Below are positions 10,123 through 20,614 of a DNA stretch of 47,870 nt, piece after piece. The notes beneath the pieces were generated by a model, which saw nothing but the letters and a program-made list of their open reading frames with translations, ran no database searches and was not told the origin of the DNA. This DNA is from Candidatus Kaiserbacteria bacterium (GTDB lineage: Bacteria > Patescibacteriota > Minisyncoccia > Phycocordibacterales > JABMNX01): positions 1 to 47,870 of the forward strand of contig JABMNX010000035.1 of the NCBI GenBank assembly GCA_013204405.1. Direction: 5' to 3'. Made by a program: the position numbers and the translations under genes. Numbering within the stretch: position 1 is the stretch's first letter; each line of letters begins with the position of its first letter.

Positions 10123-11160
10123 ATGACAAAAAAAATACGCACACGGCTCAATTCCGTTTCTCTGTCGTTGACATATGTTGCGGTCACTGTGCTGTTGATT
10201 ATAAGTCCCGCACCTGCACACGCGGGGCTTGTTTCATTTATTACTTCTCTTTTGTATACAACCAATGAGATTTCAGAGCAGGGATATAATTCACAAACAG
10301 CACTTGTATTAAAAGCAGCACGTAACGTTGACCCTAATCCATCAAAAGGTGGTGGTGATATTACTGTTGTAGACGACTCAGCTCTTCTTTCAGAGATTGG
10401 GCCAGCCGGGACTCTTGCTGATATTGAAGAACGTCCACAACACGGAGGACGCATTAGTATTTATGTTGTTCGTGAGGGGGATTCTCTTTCACAGATTGCT
10501 AAAATGTTTGGAGTGTCAACTAACACTATTATTTGGGGTAATGATATAAAACGCGGTTCACTTATTAAAGAAGGTCAGACATTAGTGATTCTACCTGTTT
10601 CTGGAGTGCAGCACACAGTCCAGAAAGGAGACACACTTAAGGGTATTGCTAAAAAATATAAAGGAGATTTTGAGGAGATTCTACAATTTAATGGTTTTTC
10701 TGAAAACACAGTACTTGCTGTTGGCGACATTATAACAGTTCCTGCTGGTGAGATTGCAGCACCGGTTTATAGTGGTAGTACAAAAGTTGTGAGTGGTTCA
10801 GGAGGTCCGTCATACTCTGGATATTATATTCGTCCGATTGTAGGAGGACGAAAGTCACAGGGGCTTCATGGATATAATGGAGTTGACCTCGCTGCATCAA
10901 GCGGTACACCGATTGTTGCTTCCGCAACTGGTGATATTATCGTTGTCAGAAATGGTGGATGGAATGGTGGATATGGAACGTATGCAGTAATTCGACACGG
11001 TAATGGTACGCAGACATTATATGCTCATATGTCGACCACAATTGTGTACAGTGGACAGCACGTGGTACAGGGACAAGTTATTGGATATGTAGGAAATACA
11101 GGACGTTCAACCGGAGCACACCTTCACTTTGAAGTTCGTGGCGCCAAAAACCCGTTTTAG
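10123..11160 (+). CDS. LysM-domain M23 family peptidoglycan endopeptidase
   Basis: Two LysM repeats (YVVREGDSLSQIA, HTVQKGDTL); M23 motifs NGVDLAA, YAHMS, GRSTGAHLHFE. Confidence 0.93.
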   Translation: MTKKIRTRLNSVSLSLTYVAVTVLLIISPAPAHAGLVSFITSLLYTTNEISEQGYNSQTALVLKAARNVDPNPSKGGGDITVVDDSALLSEIGPAGTLADIEERPQHGGRISIYVVREGDSLSQIAKMFGVSTNTIIWGNDIKRGSLIKEGQTLVILPVSGVQHTVQKGDTLKGIAKKYKGDFEEILQFNGFSENTVLAVGDIITVPAGEIAAPVYSGSTKVVSGSGGPSYSGYYIRPIVGGRKSQGLHGYNGVDLAASSGTPIVASATGDIIVVRNGGWNGGYGTYAVIRHGNGTQTLYAHMSTTIVYSGQHVVQGQVIGYVGNTGRSTGAHLHFEVRGAKNPF

Positions 11161-11182
11161 ACTTTAATAAATTTAGAGTAAA

Positions 11183-11215
11183 AAATAAATGCCAAGGTCA
11201 CCTTGGCATTTATTT
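11183..11215. terminator. Bidirectional intrinsic terminator
   Basis: aataaatgccaagg-tca-ccttggcatttatt between convergent genes. Confidence 0.75.
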
Positions 11216-11235
11216 ATTATGTTTTAAGTCATATT

Positions 11236-12735
11236 TTAACTAAACTGTCGTGGGCGGTATTGAAGTGCTTCAAGAATATGTCCTTCCTCAATTTCAGGAG
11301 AGCTTTCTATATCAGCAATAGTTCGGGCAAGTTTAATAACTCGGTGGTATGCGCGCGGAGAGAGATTAAGTTGAGAGGCGGCGTTGTTTAATATATCGCG
11401 CACTTCTTGTGAAAGCATTACATGTTGTGTTAAATCACGGACAGTCATTTCACTATTAGACTTGTTTTCTTTTTGAAATCTCTCGCTCTGTTTTTTTCGC
11501 GCTTTTACAACTTGTTTTCGCAGTTCCTCCGACTCGCGTGGATACTCTCCTTCTTCTGAGAGTGTTTTATGGTCAATATTTCCAACCTCAATCCACATAT
11601 CTACTCGGTCAATAATTGGTCCAGAGATTTTCTTTTCAAATCGTGATTGTTCTATCCCATCGTTTCGCTCAGGCGGGTTCATTGCGGCAACAAGAATAAA
11701 GTTTGCAGGAAAAAGAACGGAACCCTTTGAACGAACAACATTTATATTTCTCTCTTCAAGCGGTTGGCGAAGTGCTTCAATAGTACGTCTCTCAAATTCA
11801 GGGAACTCGTCAAGGAAAAGTACACCGCGGTGAGCTAGTGTGATTTCTCCCGGCTTTGGAACTGTTCCACCTCCAACAAGAGAAACATAAGATGCGGTAT
11901 GGTGTGGTGACCTGAATGGAGGAAGCGTAATAATTGAACCAGAAAGTGTTCCTGCAATAGAATGAATTGACGTTACCTCTAAGCACTCTTCAAATGAAAG
12001 ATTAGGCAATATATTACTGAATGCACGCGCAAGCATTGTTTTTCCAGTCCCCGGTGGCCCATAGAGTACAATGTTGTGTCGTCCAGCTGCTGCAATGAGT
12101 AAACCTCGTTTCGCGCTTTCTTGAGAACGTATGTCCCCAAAGTCGATAGCGCTCTCGGGCACATCATATTGAATTTCAGTCTCTGGTTGTTTAGTAAGCA
12201 GTGCGTGTTCTTTGTGTTCAGTATCGAGATGTTTGATTATATCCGAGAGAGTTGAAGAGCTATATATGTCAATTCCCTGAATAAGACCTGCTTCTTTAGC
12301 GTTCTCTTCTGGTACAAATACTTCCCTAAATCCCATTTGTTTTGCTTTTCGAATTAGTGGAAGTATACCGTTAATTGGACGTAGTTCTCCATCAAGGGAA
12401 AGCTCCCCTAAAAATAAAAGACCTGTCGGGTCAAAAAAGATGTCCTCTGTTGCTAGTAGATATGCAAGTGCAATCCCTAAGTCAAACGCCGGACCTTCTT
12501 TTTTAATATCAGCAGGTGCCAGAGAGATAACCACCTTTTGGTTTTTACTTTTAGGTGATTTGAACCCAGAATTTTTTATTGCAGCTGATACGCGGTCGCG
12601 AGATTCTTCAACAGCTTTTCCAGGGAGTCCTACAGTAGAAAACGAATGTAGACCTTTTGAGAGGTCTACTTCGATGTTTATTATATGAGCTTCTAGGAAT
12701 GATGTTTGCGCACTGTATACTTTTGCAAAACTCAT
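11236..12735 (-). CDS. comM: YifB/ComM Mg-chelatase-related AAA+ ATPase
   Basis: VGLPGKAVEESRDRV, GPPGTGKT, PFRSPHHTAS, PGEITLAHRGVLFLDEFPEF. Confidence 0.93.
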   Translation of the reverse strand: MSFAKVYSAQTSFLEAHIINIEVDLSKGLHSFSTVGLPGKAVEESRDRVSAAIKNSGFKSPKSKNQKVVISLAPADIKKEGPAFDLGIALAYLLATEDIFFDPTGLLFLGELSLDGELRPINGILPLIRKAKQMGFREVFVPEENAKEAGLIQGIDIYSSSTLSDIIKHLDTEHKEHALLTKQPETEIQYDVPESAIDFGDIRSQESAKRGLLIAAAGRHNIVLYGPPGTGKTMLARAFSNILPNLSFEECLEVTSIHSIAGTLSGSIITLPPFRSPHHTASYVSLVGGGTVPKPGEITLAHRGVLFLDEFPEFERRTIEALRQPLEERNINVVRSKGSVLFPANFILVAAMNPPERNDGIEQSRFEKKISGPIIDRVDMWIEVGNIDHKTLSEEGEYPRESEELRKQVVKARKKQSERFQKENKSNSEMTVRDLTQHVMLSQEVRDILNNAASQLNLSPRAYHRVIKLARTIADIESSPEIEEGHILEALQYRPRQFS

Positions 12736-12749
12736 ACTGATTTATAGTC

Positions 12750-13115
12750 TTACTCGCTCAAATGTGCTTTACAAGTGGTGGCTGCAGGATTAGCCTCTAG
12801 TCGATCAAGTTCAATTTGCTCCCCACCTACAGAACAAACGCCATATGTCCCGTCTTCTATCCGGACGAGAGCTTCTTTTACTCCATTATATCTCGTCTCA
12901 ATGTCCTTAAGTAGTGTGTTATTTAGTTCATATTCTCTTTGTACATCAGCGCGTTGATTTTGATCTGCCTGAAGCACATTTAAGTCCGGACCCTTTGCTT
13001 CCCAATCCTCTTTTTCGCTATCTGGGTTAACACGTGCTATTTTTTGCATCTCTCCATGTAACGTTTCCATTTCAGTCTCAAGTTTTTCTTTAAATTTTAT
13101 TGTGTCAATTTCCAT
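12750..13115 (-). CDS. DksA/TraR family protein
   Basis: Coiled coil followed by ALVRIEDGTYGVC..GEQI...RLEANPAATTC. Confidence 0.88.
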   Translation of the reverse strand: MEIDTIKFKEKLETEMETLHGEMQKIARVNPDSEKEDWEAKGPDLNVLQADQNQRADVQREYELNNTLLKDIETRYNGVKEALVRIEDGTYGVCSVGGEQIELDRLEANPAATTCKAHLSE

Positions 13116-13197
13116 GCTGTATTATTTATTCTTTATATAGGGAAAGCATAACAGAGCCTTGTTTGTCTTTCAAGGACCAGCTACTGATGTGTATTAT

Positions 13198-14268
13198 TTA
13201 GAATACACGGACGGAGTTAAGTCGGGTTATGATTTCTGTGAGGGTATTTTCGTTTGTTGTTATGATAAGTGTCTGTTGATTAGGGAAAGCATAAAGAAAT
13301 TTAATTCCCCCTGTTTCACTTACAAGTGCACGCACGTCAATATTTTGAACTACCTTATCTACAAACTTTTCGGACAGAGTGATTTCTCTGCCAGTTTGTG
13401 GGTCTATGGGCGCTCCTAAAATTGGGTCACTTTTAAGTCCGGTGAATAAAATAAAGTCATGGTACATTGTTTCTTCCCACTCAAGGAGCCCTGCAAAACT
13501 GTGTTGGTAGGAGTTAGATTTGAAGATGATGAATGGTTGGTTTTGGTTAAAGACATGAATCCCCAACATGAAAGAAGGATCAAGGGAACGTAAGAATGCA
13601 CCACTTACTTGAGCCCGTATGTTCGTTAAAAATTCTTCTGCCGAGATGATACGGGTGACATCAGTATCCAATTCTTTAGTCGTTTCGGTTATATATAGAT
13701 GAGCAATTTGTCCAAGAGGTAGAAATGTGTTTGCTCGCTCAAACCCAAGAGTTTGAAGAATTTCACGTGAGTCTTTGCCAGTGATATCAATTTTTTTCTG
13801 TTCTTCAACAAAAATAAAAGAAGGAATATTTTCCTGTATAAGAACCTCTTCTTTTTTATAAAAAAGAGTAAAAAAGACAACGACACTTATTCCGAGTGCA
13901 ATAAATATAATACTCCCAAGAACGATTCCTATTTTTTTTAAATCCCGCTTAGGTTTCTGGGTTGACTCTTTTGGTGTGCCAGTACGTCTAATATGTTCAG
14001 CAGCTACAATACTAGTGAAAGAAGCTTTCTGCTTTTGGATTACAGAAGCAATATCCTCCTTATATGTACGGATTCGTTTGATTGAGCTTGTAGAAGATTC
14101 TTTAGTTTCTCTTAACTGTGGTTTTTTCTGAATAATACTCGCATCTATATCTTCATCAAGTGAGTTTCTCTTACTTTCACCAGGAAATGAAGCCGGCATA
14201 TTTGCTGGGATAATTTTATCATTGGTGTTTCCGTTACCATTTGATTTGTTTGTGTAATCTGTTTCCAT
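13198..14268 (-). CDS. Single-pass membrane hypothetical protein
   Basis: 356 aa; IRTYKEDIA motif, central TM, FAGLLEWE motif. Confidence 0.75.
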   Translation of the reverse strand: METDYTNKSNGNGNTNDKIIPANMPASFPGESKRNSLDEDIDASIIQKKPQLRETKESSTSSIKRIRTYKEDIASVIQKQKASFTSIVAAEHIRRTGTPKESTQKPKRDLKKIGIVLGSIIFIALGISVVVFFTLFYKKEEVLIQENIPSFIFVEEQKKIDITGKDSREILQTLGFERANTFLPLGQIAHLYITETTKELDTDVTRIISAEEFLTNIRAQVSGAFLRSLDPSFMLGIHVFNQNQPFIIFKSNSYQHSFAGLLEWEETMYHDFILFTGLKSDPILGAPIDPQTGREITLSEKFVDKVVQNIDVRALVSETGGIKFLYAFPNQQTLIITTNENTLTEIITRLNSVRVF

Positions 14269-14283
14269 TTTTAGTAGCGTTTA

Positions 14284-16410
14284 CTATTTTTCAAGTGGCA
14301 TAACTCCTTTTTTCTTTGCAAAGTCTGGGTCAACTTGTTTAACTGAGAGATTAATTCGGTGTCGTTCATCAATCTCCTTTATTATAACTGGAATTATCTC
14401 TCCCACTGAGACAACCTTGGATACTGCGTCGATGTGGTATGGCGCCAGTTCCGACACATGAACCAGTCCTTCAGTATTATGTCCGATTTTAACAAAAGCG
14501 CCAAAATCAAGTACTCGGGTCACCTCCCCTTCAAACGTCTCCCCTACATTATACTCACGGGTCATCTCCTCGATAATTGCACGTGCTTTTTGTGTCGTGT
14601 CTCCCTTACCTATAACATATACAAGGCCGGTTTGTTCGATAGTGATTTCCGTTACCCCTGTCTCGTCTTTTATTTCGTTGATAGTTTTACCTCCTGGCCC
14701 AATAATAAGTCCTATTTGTTCTTCTTTAATAGTAAGTGTTTCTATTTTTGGAGCATGTGCTGAAACACTTTCTCGTGTTTTGGGAATTGCCTTTTCAATT
14801 ACTTCAAGTATGTGGAGTCGAGCACGTCGGGCATCTTCAAGAGCCAATGTAAGTATGTTAATTGGTATTCCATTCACCTTTACATCCATTTGGACAGCGG
14901 TAACTCCATCTTTTGTCCCTGCAACCTTGAGGTCCATATCACCATGTTCATCTTCCGGACCTTGGATGTCAGTAAGTATTTTATAGTCCCCACGTTCATT
15001 CAACATAAGTCCCATTGCAATCCCTGCGACCGGTTTTTTGATAGGCACCCCTCCGTCCATAAGTGCTAACGTTGAGCCACACACAGAACCCATTGATGAT
15101 GATCCATTTGAAGCAAGTACTTCAGATACAATGCGGATAGTGTAAGGAAACTCTTCTTGTGTTGGGATTACTGGAATAAGTGCTTTTTCAGCAAGTGCTC
15201 CGTGCCCAATCATTCTTCGGTTTGTCCCACCCATTCGTCCAGTCTCTCCAACCGAGTACGGTGGAAAGTTATAGTGGTGCATAAATCGTTTTTCAGTGTC
15301 TTGAGACTCCATACTGTCAATTATTTGCGAATCTCCAGGGCCGCCTAATGTAAGTGCGGAGAGCACGTGTGTACCACCTCTGTAGAAAATTCCAGTGCCG
15401 TGGATTACTTCCGAAATACCTCCAGCTTGGGCAAAAAGTTCTCGTACTTCATTCATTTTTCTACCATCCGGACGCCTGTCTTCATTAATTGCTTTTTCGT
15501 GGAGTATTACATTTATCATTTCCTCAAAGTAATCTTCGGCAGTATTTTTGTCTGCTTCTGGAAGTGCTTCTTTTAAAATAAGCTTCCACTCATCCTTAAG
15601 TGTATAAATTCCCTTTTTCCCTGCACCTGAGAATACAGCAGATTCTAGTTTTGGAGTGATTTCTTTTTCAAATAATGTTTTAAGTTCTTCAGAGTAGTTT
15701 TCTAGTGTAACTACTCGTTTAGTCTTTCCGATTTCTGAGATGATGTCCCGTTGAAATGCCTGAATTTCTTCAATAACACGAGATGCCTCTTCGAGTGCAT
15801 GAGAAAGAGTTTGTTCGTCTAACTCGTATGCACCAATTTCAATCATGTTAATACCACCGTTCTTTCCACACGCGAGAAGGTCGAGCGTACTTTCCTTACT
15901 GTCACGAGTACTGTATGAAGGGTTTATAACAAAGTCTCCATTAAATTTGCCAATACGTACTGAACTCACAGGACCTTCCCATGGAACGTCAGACGTGCCA
16001 AGTGCAAGTGACGCCGCAATTATTCCAAGCACGTCAGGATCATCTTCATCAATAGAAAGAACCGTGACAACCACATGGACATCATTTCTAATACGTTGAT
16101 CAAAGAGTGGTCGAATTGTTCTGTCTACAACACGTCCTGAGAGAATTGCGTCGTCAGTTGGACGTCCTTCTCTTCGCATGAATCTGCTTCCAAGTATTGC
16201 ACCAGCAGCATAGAATTTTTCTTCGTAATCGACAGTAAGTGGGAAGTACCCAAGCCCCTCTTTTTTATTGTCTGTCATTACTACTGTTGCAAGTACGGTC
16301 GTGTTTCCACATTGCACAATCACTGAACCGTCTGCTTGGTCGGTTAGATCAGTAAATGTTGCAGTTAATGTTTTTCCACCTATTTCAGTGGAGTATTCTT
16401 TTTTCTGCAT
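14284..16410 (-). CDS. pnp: Polyribonucleotide nucleotidyltransferase (PNPase)
   Basis: FPLTVDYEEK, HHYNFPPYSVGE, SNGSSSMGS, GDMDLKVAGT, KH and S1 domains. Confidence 0.98.
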   Translation of the reverse strand: MQKKEYSTEIGGKTLTATFTDLTDQADGSVIVQCGNTTVLATVVMTDNKKEGLGYFPLTVDYEEKFYAAGAILGSRFMRREGRPTDDAILSGRVVDRTIRPLFDQRIRNDVHVVVTVLSIDEDDPDVLGIIAASLALGTSDVPWEGPVSSVRIGKFNGDFVINPSYSTRDSKESTLDLLACGKNGGINMIEIGAYELDEQTLSHALEEASRVIEEIQAFQRDIISEIGKTKRVVTLENYSEELKTLFEKEITPKLESAVFSGAGKKGIYTLKDEWKLILKEALPEADKNTAEDYFEEMINVILHEKAINEDRRPDGRKMNEVRELFAQAGGISEVIHGTGIFYRGGTHVLSALTLGGPGDSQIIDSMESQDTEKRFMHHYNFPPYSVGETGRMGGTNRRMIGHGALAEKALIPVIPTQEEFPYTIRIVSEVLASNGSSSMGSVCGSTLALMDGGVPIKKPVAGIAMGLMLNERGDYKILTDIQGPEDEHGDMDLKVAGTKDGVTAVQMDVKVNGIPINILTLALEDARRARLHILEVIEKAIPKTRESVSAHAPKIETLTIKEEQIGLIIGPGGKTINEIKDETGVTEITIEQTGLVYVIGKGDTTQKARAIIEEMTREYNVGETFEGEVTRVLDFGAFVKIGHNTEGLVHVSELAPYHIDAVSKVVSVGEIIPVIIKEIDERHRINLSVKQVDPDFAKKKGVMPLEK

Positions 16411-16604
16411 ATGTATATGTGGTGGCTTTCAGATTTCAGGATTGAAACTAAAACACGATATGTTTTAAGGACTTCAATTCTGCAGATCTGGAAACCACAA
16501 TTATCTTAATAATATAACCCTACACTACCCTTCTGTAGCTATCCACACTGTAACAAAAACACAGACCTTTCTCAAAGATTATATTGATGTTTACTTACAA
16601 AGCA

Positions 16605-16634
16605 CAAAACCCACTCTTTTAGGAGTGGGTTTTG
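16605..16634 (-). terminator. Intrinsic terminator between NYN gene and pnp
   Basis: acaaaacccactc-tttag-gagtgggttttgt. Confidence 0.75.
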
Positions 16635-16651
16635 TGAGAAATCTTTTAAAT

Positions 16652-17185
16652 TTACGTACGTGGTAATTTCCACTGTGATGCACCGAGTAGGTATTTTTTA
16701 TGATCATCACATAAGTCATAGAAGTCTTCAGCAACCTCGCGGAGTTGCGATGAAGTGGACTTCCCAAATGAGATGACTTCAACCTGACAACCTGTACTGT
16801 ACTTTAGGTATTCGACGAGTGGAACGAAGTCACCATCGCCCGTTGCAAGAACTATTGCATCAAGTTTTGATGACATTGAAATAGCATCAACTGCCATACC
16901 AACATCCCAGTCTGCTTTTTTAGCACCTCCAAAAAATATTTGAAGGTCTTTTGTTTTTATTTCAATACCAAGCTTCTCAAGAGCTTCGAAAAAACTTTGT
17001 TCTTCTCCGCTTTCAGTAGTTACAACGTATGCTCGAGCTCGAATAAGCTCCCTACCTGCAACCGCTTGCTTTAAAACATTTCCAAAGTTGACTTTCGCCT
17101 TATATAAATTCTTTGCGCTATGGTATAGATTTTGCGTATCAATAAAAACACCGACACGCTGTTCTTTGTGTTTAATAACAGCCAT
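16652..17185 (-). CDS. NYN domain (LabA/DUF88, PIN-like) protein
   Basis: VFIDTQNLY, KKADWDVGMAVD, LATGDGDFVPL. Confidence 0.92.
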   Translation of the reverse strand: MAVIKHKEQRVGVFIDTQNLYHSAKNLYKAKVNFGNVLKQAVAGRELIRARAYVVTTESGEEQSFFEALEKLGIEIKTKDLQIFFGGAKKADWDVGMAVDAISMSSKLDAIVLATGDGDFVPLVEYLKYSTGCQVEVISFGKSTSSQLREVAEDFYDLCDDHKKYLLGASQWKLPRT

Positions 17186-17298
17186 ATTTAATTTATTATT
17201 TTGTTCTTATAAAAAATCGACCCGTCTAATCTATAGTATAAAAGAGATACTAACAAAAGCTAGTGAGAAGTAGAGAATAAAGAAGAGGTAAGGAGTAA

Positions 17299-17565
17299 TT
17301 ATTTCTTCAAACCAAGTTTTTTGATGAGTGCATTATATGAACGCTTGTCGTTTTTCTCGAGATATTTCAAATGTTTACGGCGATCAGCAACCATTTGTAG
17401 GAGTCCACGTCGAGAGTGCTTATCTTTATTGTTTTTCTTCAGATGTAGAGCAAGTGCGTCAATTTGTTTAGAAAGAAGAGCAACCTGCACACCTGCAGAG
17501 CCGGTGTCACCTTCATGTTTCTGAACTTCTTTCATTGTTCGCGCTTTTTTCTGTTTTGTTAACAT
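17299..17565 (-). CDS. rpsO: 30S ribosomal protein S15 (start reassigned to 17565)
   Basis: DTGSAGVQVALL, KDKHSRRGLLQMV, YNALIKKLGL; TACTAT 7 nt before ATG 17565. Confidence 0.97.
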   Translation of the reverse strand: MLTKQKKARTMKEVQKHEGDTGSAGVQVALLSKQIDALALHLKKNNKDKHSRRGLLQMVADRRKHLKYLEKNDKRSYNALIKKLGLKK

Positions 17566-17713
17566 AAAGAACATAGTAGCATGAATATGACCCTTTTGCA
17601 AGGTTTTACGAGGTTTTTAAGGTAATAAAATAATATTACCTACGAGACTAGAAAGCCTTGTATATAGGTACATATGTAAATAACGTCGCACAATAAATGT
17701 TATAATTACGTGA

Positions 17714-18619
17714 ATGTCACAGGATTTAAAAACACTTAAACAGGAGTATCTTGAGTATATTGAGATTGAACGTGGGCGAGCACTTAAGACGGTTGAAAAT
17801 TACGATAGGTATATTAGACGTTTTTTTGTGTTTAGTGGTGCAAAAGTCATTCCTGACATTACTGAAGAAAAAATTAGAAAGTACCGACTGGAACTTAATC
17901 GAGCGGGACTTAACCGTCGTACTCAGAATTATTATCTTATTGCACTACGGCAATTTCTTAAGTATTTGGTAAAGCGCGGGTTTAAAGTTATTCCACCAGA
18001 CACTATTGAGCTCGCTAAGGAAACACAGCGAGACCTTAGTTTAATTTCATCAGTTGAACTCGAACGACTACTTCATGCACCAAAGGGGGATGAGATTAAA
18101 GTGCTTCGTGACCGCGCGGTACTCGAACTTCTTTTTTCAACAGGACTTCGTGTTTCTGAACTTTGTGCACTTTCACGCTACCTCGACTGGAGTCGCGATG
18201 AAATATCGGTACGGGGTAAAGGTGGCAAGGTCCGTCCCGTTTTTATATCTCCTGGAGCAAAGTCTGCTATTAAAAAGTATCTTGATAAAAGAGGAGATAC
18301 TGATGATGCACTTTTTATATACCTTGGTCGTGGTGCTAAACGTGCAGAAACTGAGAGCGGGTCAATGCGGCTTTCGACAAGAAGTATTGAACGACTTGTG
18401 AAACAGTACGCAATTAAAGCTGGTATTGATAAGCGTGTTACACCGCATACGTTACGACACTCGTTTGCAACTGACTTACTCCACAATGGAGCAGACCTCA
18501 GGTCAGTTCAAGCACTTCTCGGACACGCAAGTATCGCAACAACTCAGATTTACACACACGTAACAGATAAACACCTTCACGATATACATAAGCAGTTTCA
18601 TGGCAAAGATAGAAAGTAG
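17714..18619 (+). CDS. XerC/XerD-type tyrosine recombinase
   Basis: RDRAVLELLFSTGLRVSE, GKGGKVR, TPHTLRHSFAT, LLGHASIATTQIYTH. Confidence 0.93.
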   Translation: MSQDLKTLKQEYLEYIEIERGRALKTVENYDRYIRRFFVFSGAKVIPDITEEKIRKYRLELNRAGLNRRTQNYYLIALRQFLKYLVKRGFKVIPPDTIELAKETQRDLSLISSVELERLLHAPKGDEIKVLRDRAVLELLFSTGLRVSELCALSRYLDWSRDEISVRGKGGKVRPVFISPGAKSAIKKYLDKRGDTDDALFIYLGRGAKRAETESGSMRLSTRSIERLVKQYAIKAGIDKRVTPHTLRHSFATDLLHNGADLRSVQALLGHASIATTQIYTHVTDKHLHDIHKQFHGKDRK

Positions 18620-18632
18620 TTTTTAAATACAA

Positions 18633-20453
18633 TTACTCGACAGTTACACTCTTAGCAAGGTTTCTAGGTCTATCAACATTATGACCCCGGTGTACACCAA
18701 TATGATATGCAAAAAGTTGCAATAGTACTGTTGTAAGGATTGGATGGATTAATTCAAGTGACTGAGGTATCTCTAGTACATCATTTGCAATTGCAGATAT
18801 TTTTTTGTCACCCTGTGTTGCAATAGCTATAACCTTCCCGTCACGAGCTCGGATTTCTTCGATATTTGAGAAAGTTTTTTCATACACAGAGTCACTAGGG
18901 ATTAGTGCGATGGTTGGAAACGATTCGTCAATCATTGCGATTGGCCCATGCTTCATTTCCCCTGCACCATATCCCTCCGCATGAATATAAGAGACCTCTT
19001 TAAGTTTAAGTGCCCCCTCTAACGCTATTGGGTAGCTGTATTTACGTCCTATGTATAAGAAATTTTTTGAGTGCGCATATTTTTTTGCAATACGTTCAAT
19101 TTTTTTATTCTGAGCAAGGACGCGTGTTATTTTCTGCGGGAGTTTGTTAATTTCATCAATAATAATTTTACCTTCTGATGATGATATATTTTTCTTTCTC
19201 CCTATATATAGAGCAATAAGTAGGAGTACTTCAAGTTGGGATAAGAATGCTTTAGTGGAAGCTACTCCGATTTCTGGTCCAGCGTGATTATATACACCAG
19301 CGTCAACTGCTCGCGCAATACTTGAACCCACAACATTAACAACACCAATAGTAAGACAACCTTTGTTGTTAGCTTCGTTAATGCAAGAGAGAGTATCTGC
19401 AGTTTCGCCCGATTGTGATATTGCAAGAACTACAGTTCCTTTATTCTGTAGAATAGTGCGATAACGATATTCCGATGCGATTTCTACTTCAGTTGGTATC
19501 CCTGCGATCTCTTCGAAATATTGCTTACCTAGCATTCCTGCATAATATGCAGAACCACAACCTACAATAACTATACGTTTGGTGTGAGTAAGCTTATCTG
19601 CAATTTCTTCAAGTCCACCAAGTTTGACATCACCAGTTTCACGTAGAGTACGCCCTCGTGCGCTATTTTTTAGTACTTCCGGCGCTTCCATGATTTCTTT
19701 TAACATGAAATGTTTGTAACCACCCTTTTTAACCTGTTCAGTGTTCCACACTACTTCTTCCGTTTTACGGTTGAGAGGTTTTAGGTTGATTGTAAAAATA
19801 TTATGTGAAGTAGGTGTGATTACTACACACTCACCATCTTTCACATAGAGCACCGTCTTTGTATGTTTCACGATTGCTGAAACATCAGAAGCTATAAAAT
19901 ATTCATCATTTCCAATACCAAGCACAATTGGGCTTCCATTTTGTGCAGCAATTATTTTTTCTGGTTCTTGGGTATTCATAACTGCAATCCCATAAGAACC
20001 TTTAATTATTTTTAGTGTGTTTACTACAGATTCCTCAAAAGTATCACCATCTTTTATTTGTTTTTCTATAAGGTGCGCAATAACTTCAGAGTCAGTTTTA
20101 GAAGAAAATACCGACCCTTGTTCTTCAAGTGCATTTTTTAAATCTATGTAGTTTTCGACAATTCCATTATGAACAACAAAAATAGAACCAGAAGGACTCG
20201 AGTGCGGGTGAGCATTTTCTTCAGAAGGTTTTCCATGGGTAGCCCATCTTGTATGAGCAATACCTGCGGTCCCACTAATCCCTTTTGGAAGTTTTTTGTA
20301 TAGATTATCTACTCCACCAATTGAACGGACGCACTGTTCTCCAGATATGTACAAACCAGCTGAATCATACCCCCTATACTCAAGAGCCTTAAGGCCGTTT
20401 ATGAGCATTTCTACCGCAGGTTTTTTCCCTATGTATCCAACAATTCCACACAT
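18633..20453 (-). CDS. glmS: Glutamine--fructose-6-phosphate transaminase (start at MCGIVG)
   Basis: MCGIVG, EYRGYDSAG, HTRWATHG, SQSGETAD, PRNLAKSVTVE. Confidence 0.98.
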   Translation of the reverse strand: MCGIVGYIGKKPAVEMLINGLKALEYRGYDSAGLYISGEQCVRSIGGVDNLYKKLPKGISGTAGIAHTRWATHGKPSEENAHPHSSPSGSIFVVHNGIVENYIDLKNALEEQGSVFSSKTDSEVIAHLIEKQIKDGDTFEESVVNTLKIIKGSYGIAVMNTQEPEKIIAAQNGSPIVLGIGNDEYFIASDVSAIVKHTKTVLYVKDGECVVITPTSHNIFTINLKPLNRKTEEVVWNTEQVKKGGYKHFMLKEIMEAPEVLKNSARGRTLRETGDVKLGGLEEIADKLTHTKRIVIVGCGSAYYAGMLGKQYFEEIAGIPTEVEIASEYRYRTILQNKGTVVLAISQSGETADTLSCINEANNKGCLTIGVVNVVGSSIARAVDAGVYNHAGPEIGVASTKAFLSQLEVLLLIALYIGRKKNISSSEGKIIIDEINKLPQKITRVLAQNKKIERIAKKYAHSKNFLYIGRKYSYPIALEGALKLKEVSYIHAEGYGAGEMKHGPIAMIDESFPTIALIPSDSVYEKTFSNIEEIRARDGKVIAIATQGDKKISAIANDVLEIPQSLELIHPILTTVLLQLFAYHIGVHRGHNVDRPRNLAKSVTVE

Positions 20454-20614
20454 ACATGTATTAAAACTCTTAAAAACCAACAAATGTTTCGACTTTCTTT
20501 AGAATTACACTATTTCTATCCACAAGGGGCGCTATCAGTGTTTCTACTAAATACAGTATCATATAGATAAAGAGGTCGATGTTACTAAAAGACCAATTTA
20601 TTTTTAAAATCTAT

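Noticed and set aside
17714..18619. Tyrosine recombinase as a prophage or island integrase
   Set aside because: Size and motifs fit housekeeping XerC/D; flanked by rpsO and glmS with no cargo or att repeats
18620..18680. Tn7 insertion at the glmS 3' end
   Set aside because: Only 13 bp separate glmS and xer; no tns genes or transposon ends
16538..20524. Isolated CTATCCACA DnaA-like boxes near 16539 and 20516
   Set aside because: Single mismatched sites; not enough to call an origin or regulation
20454..20614. glmS ribozyme
   Set aside because: Short AT-rich gap with no recognisable conserved core
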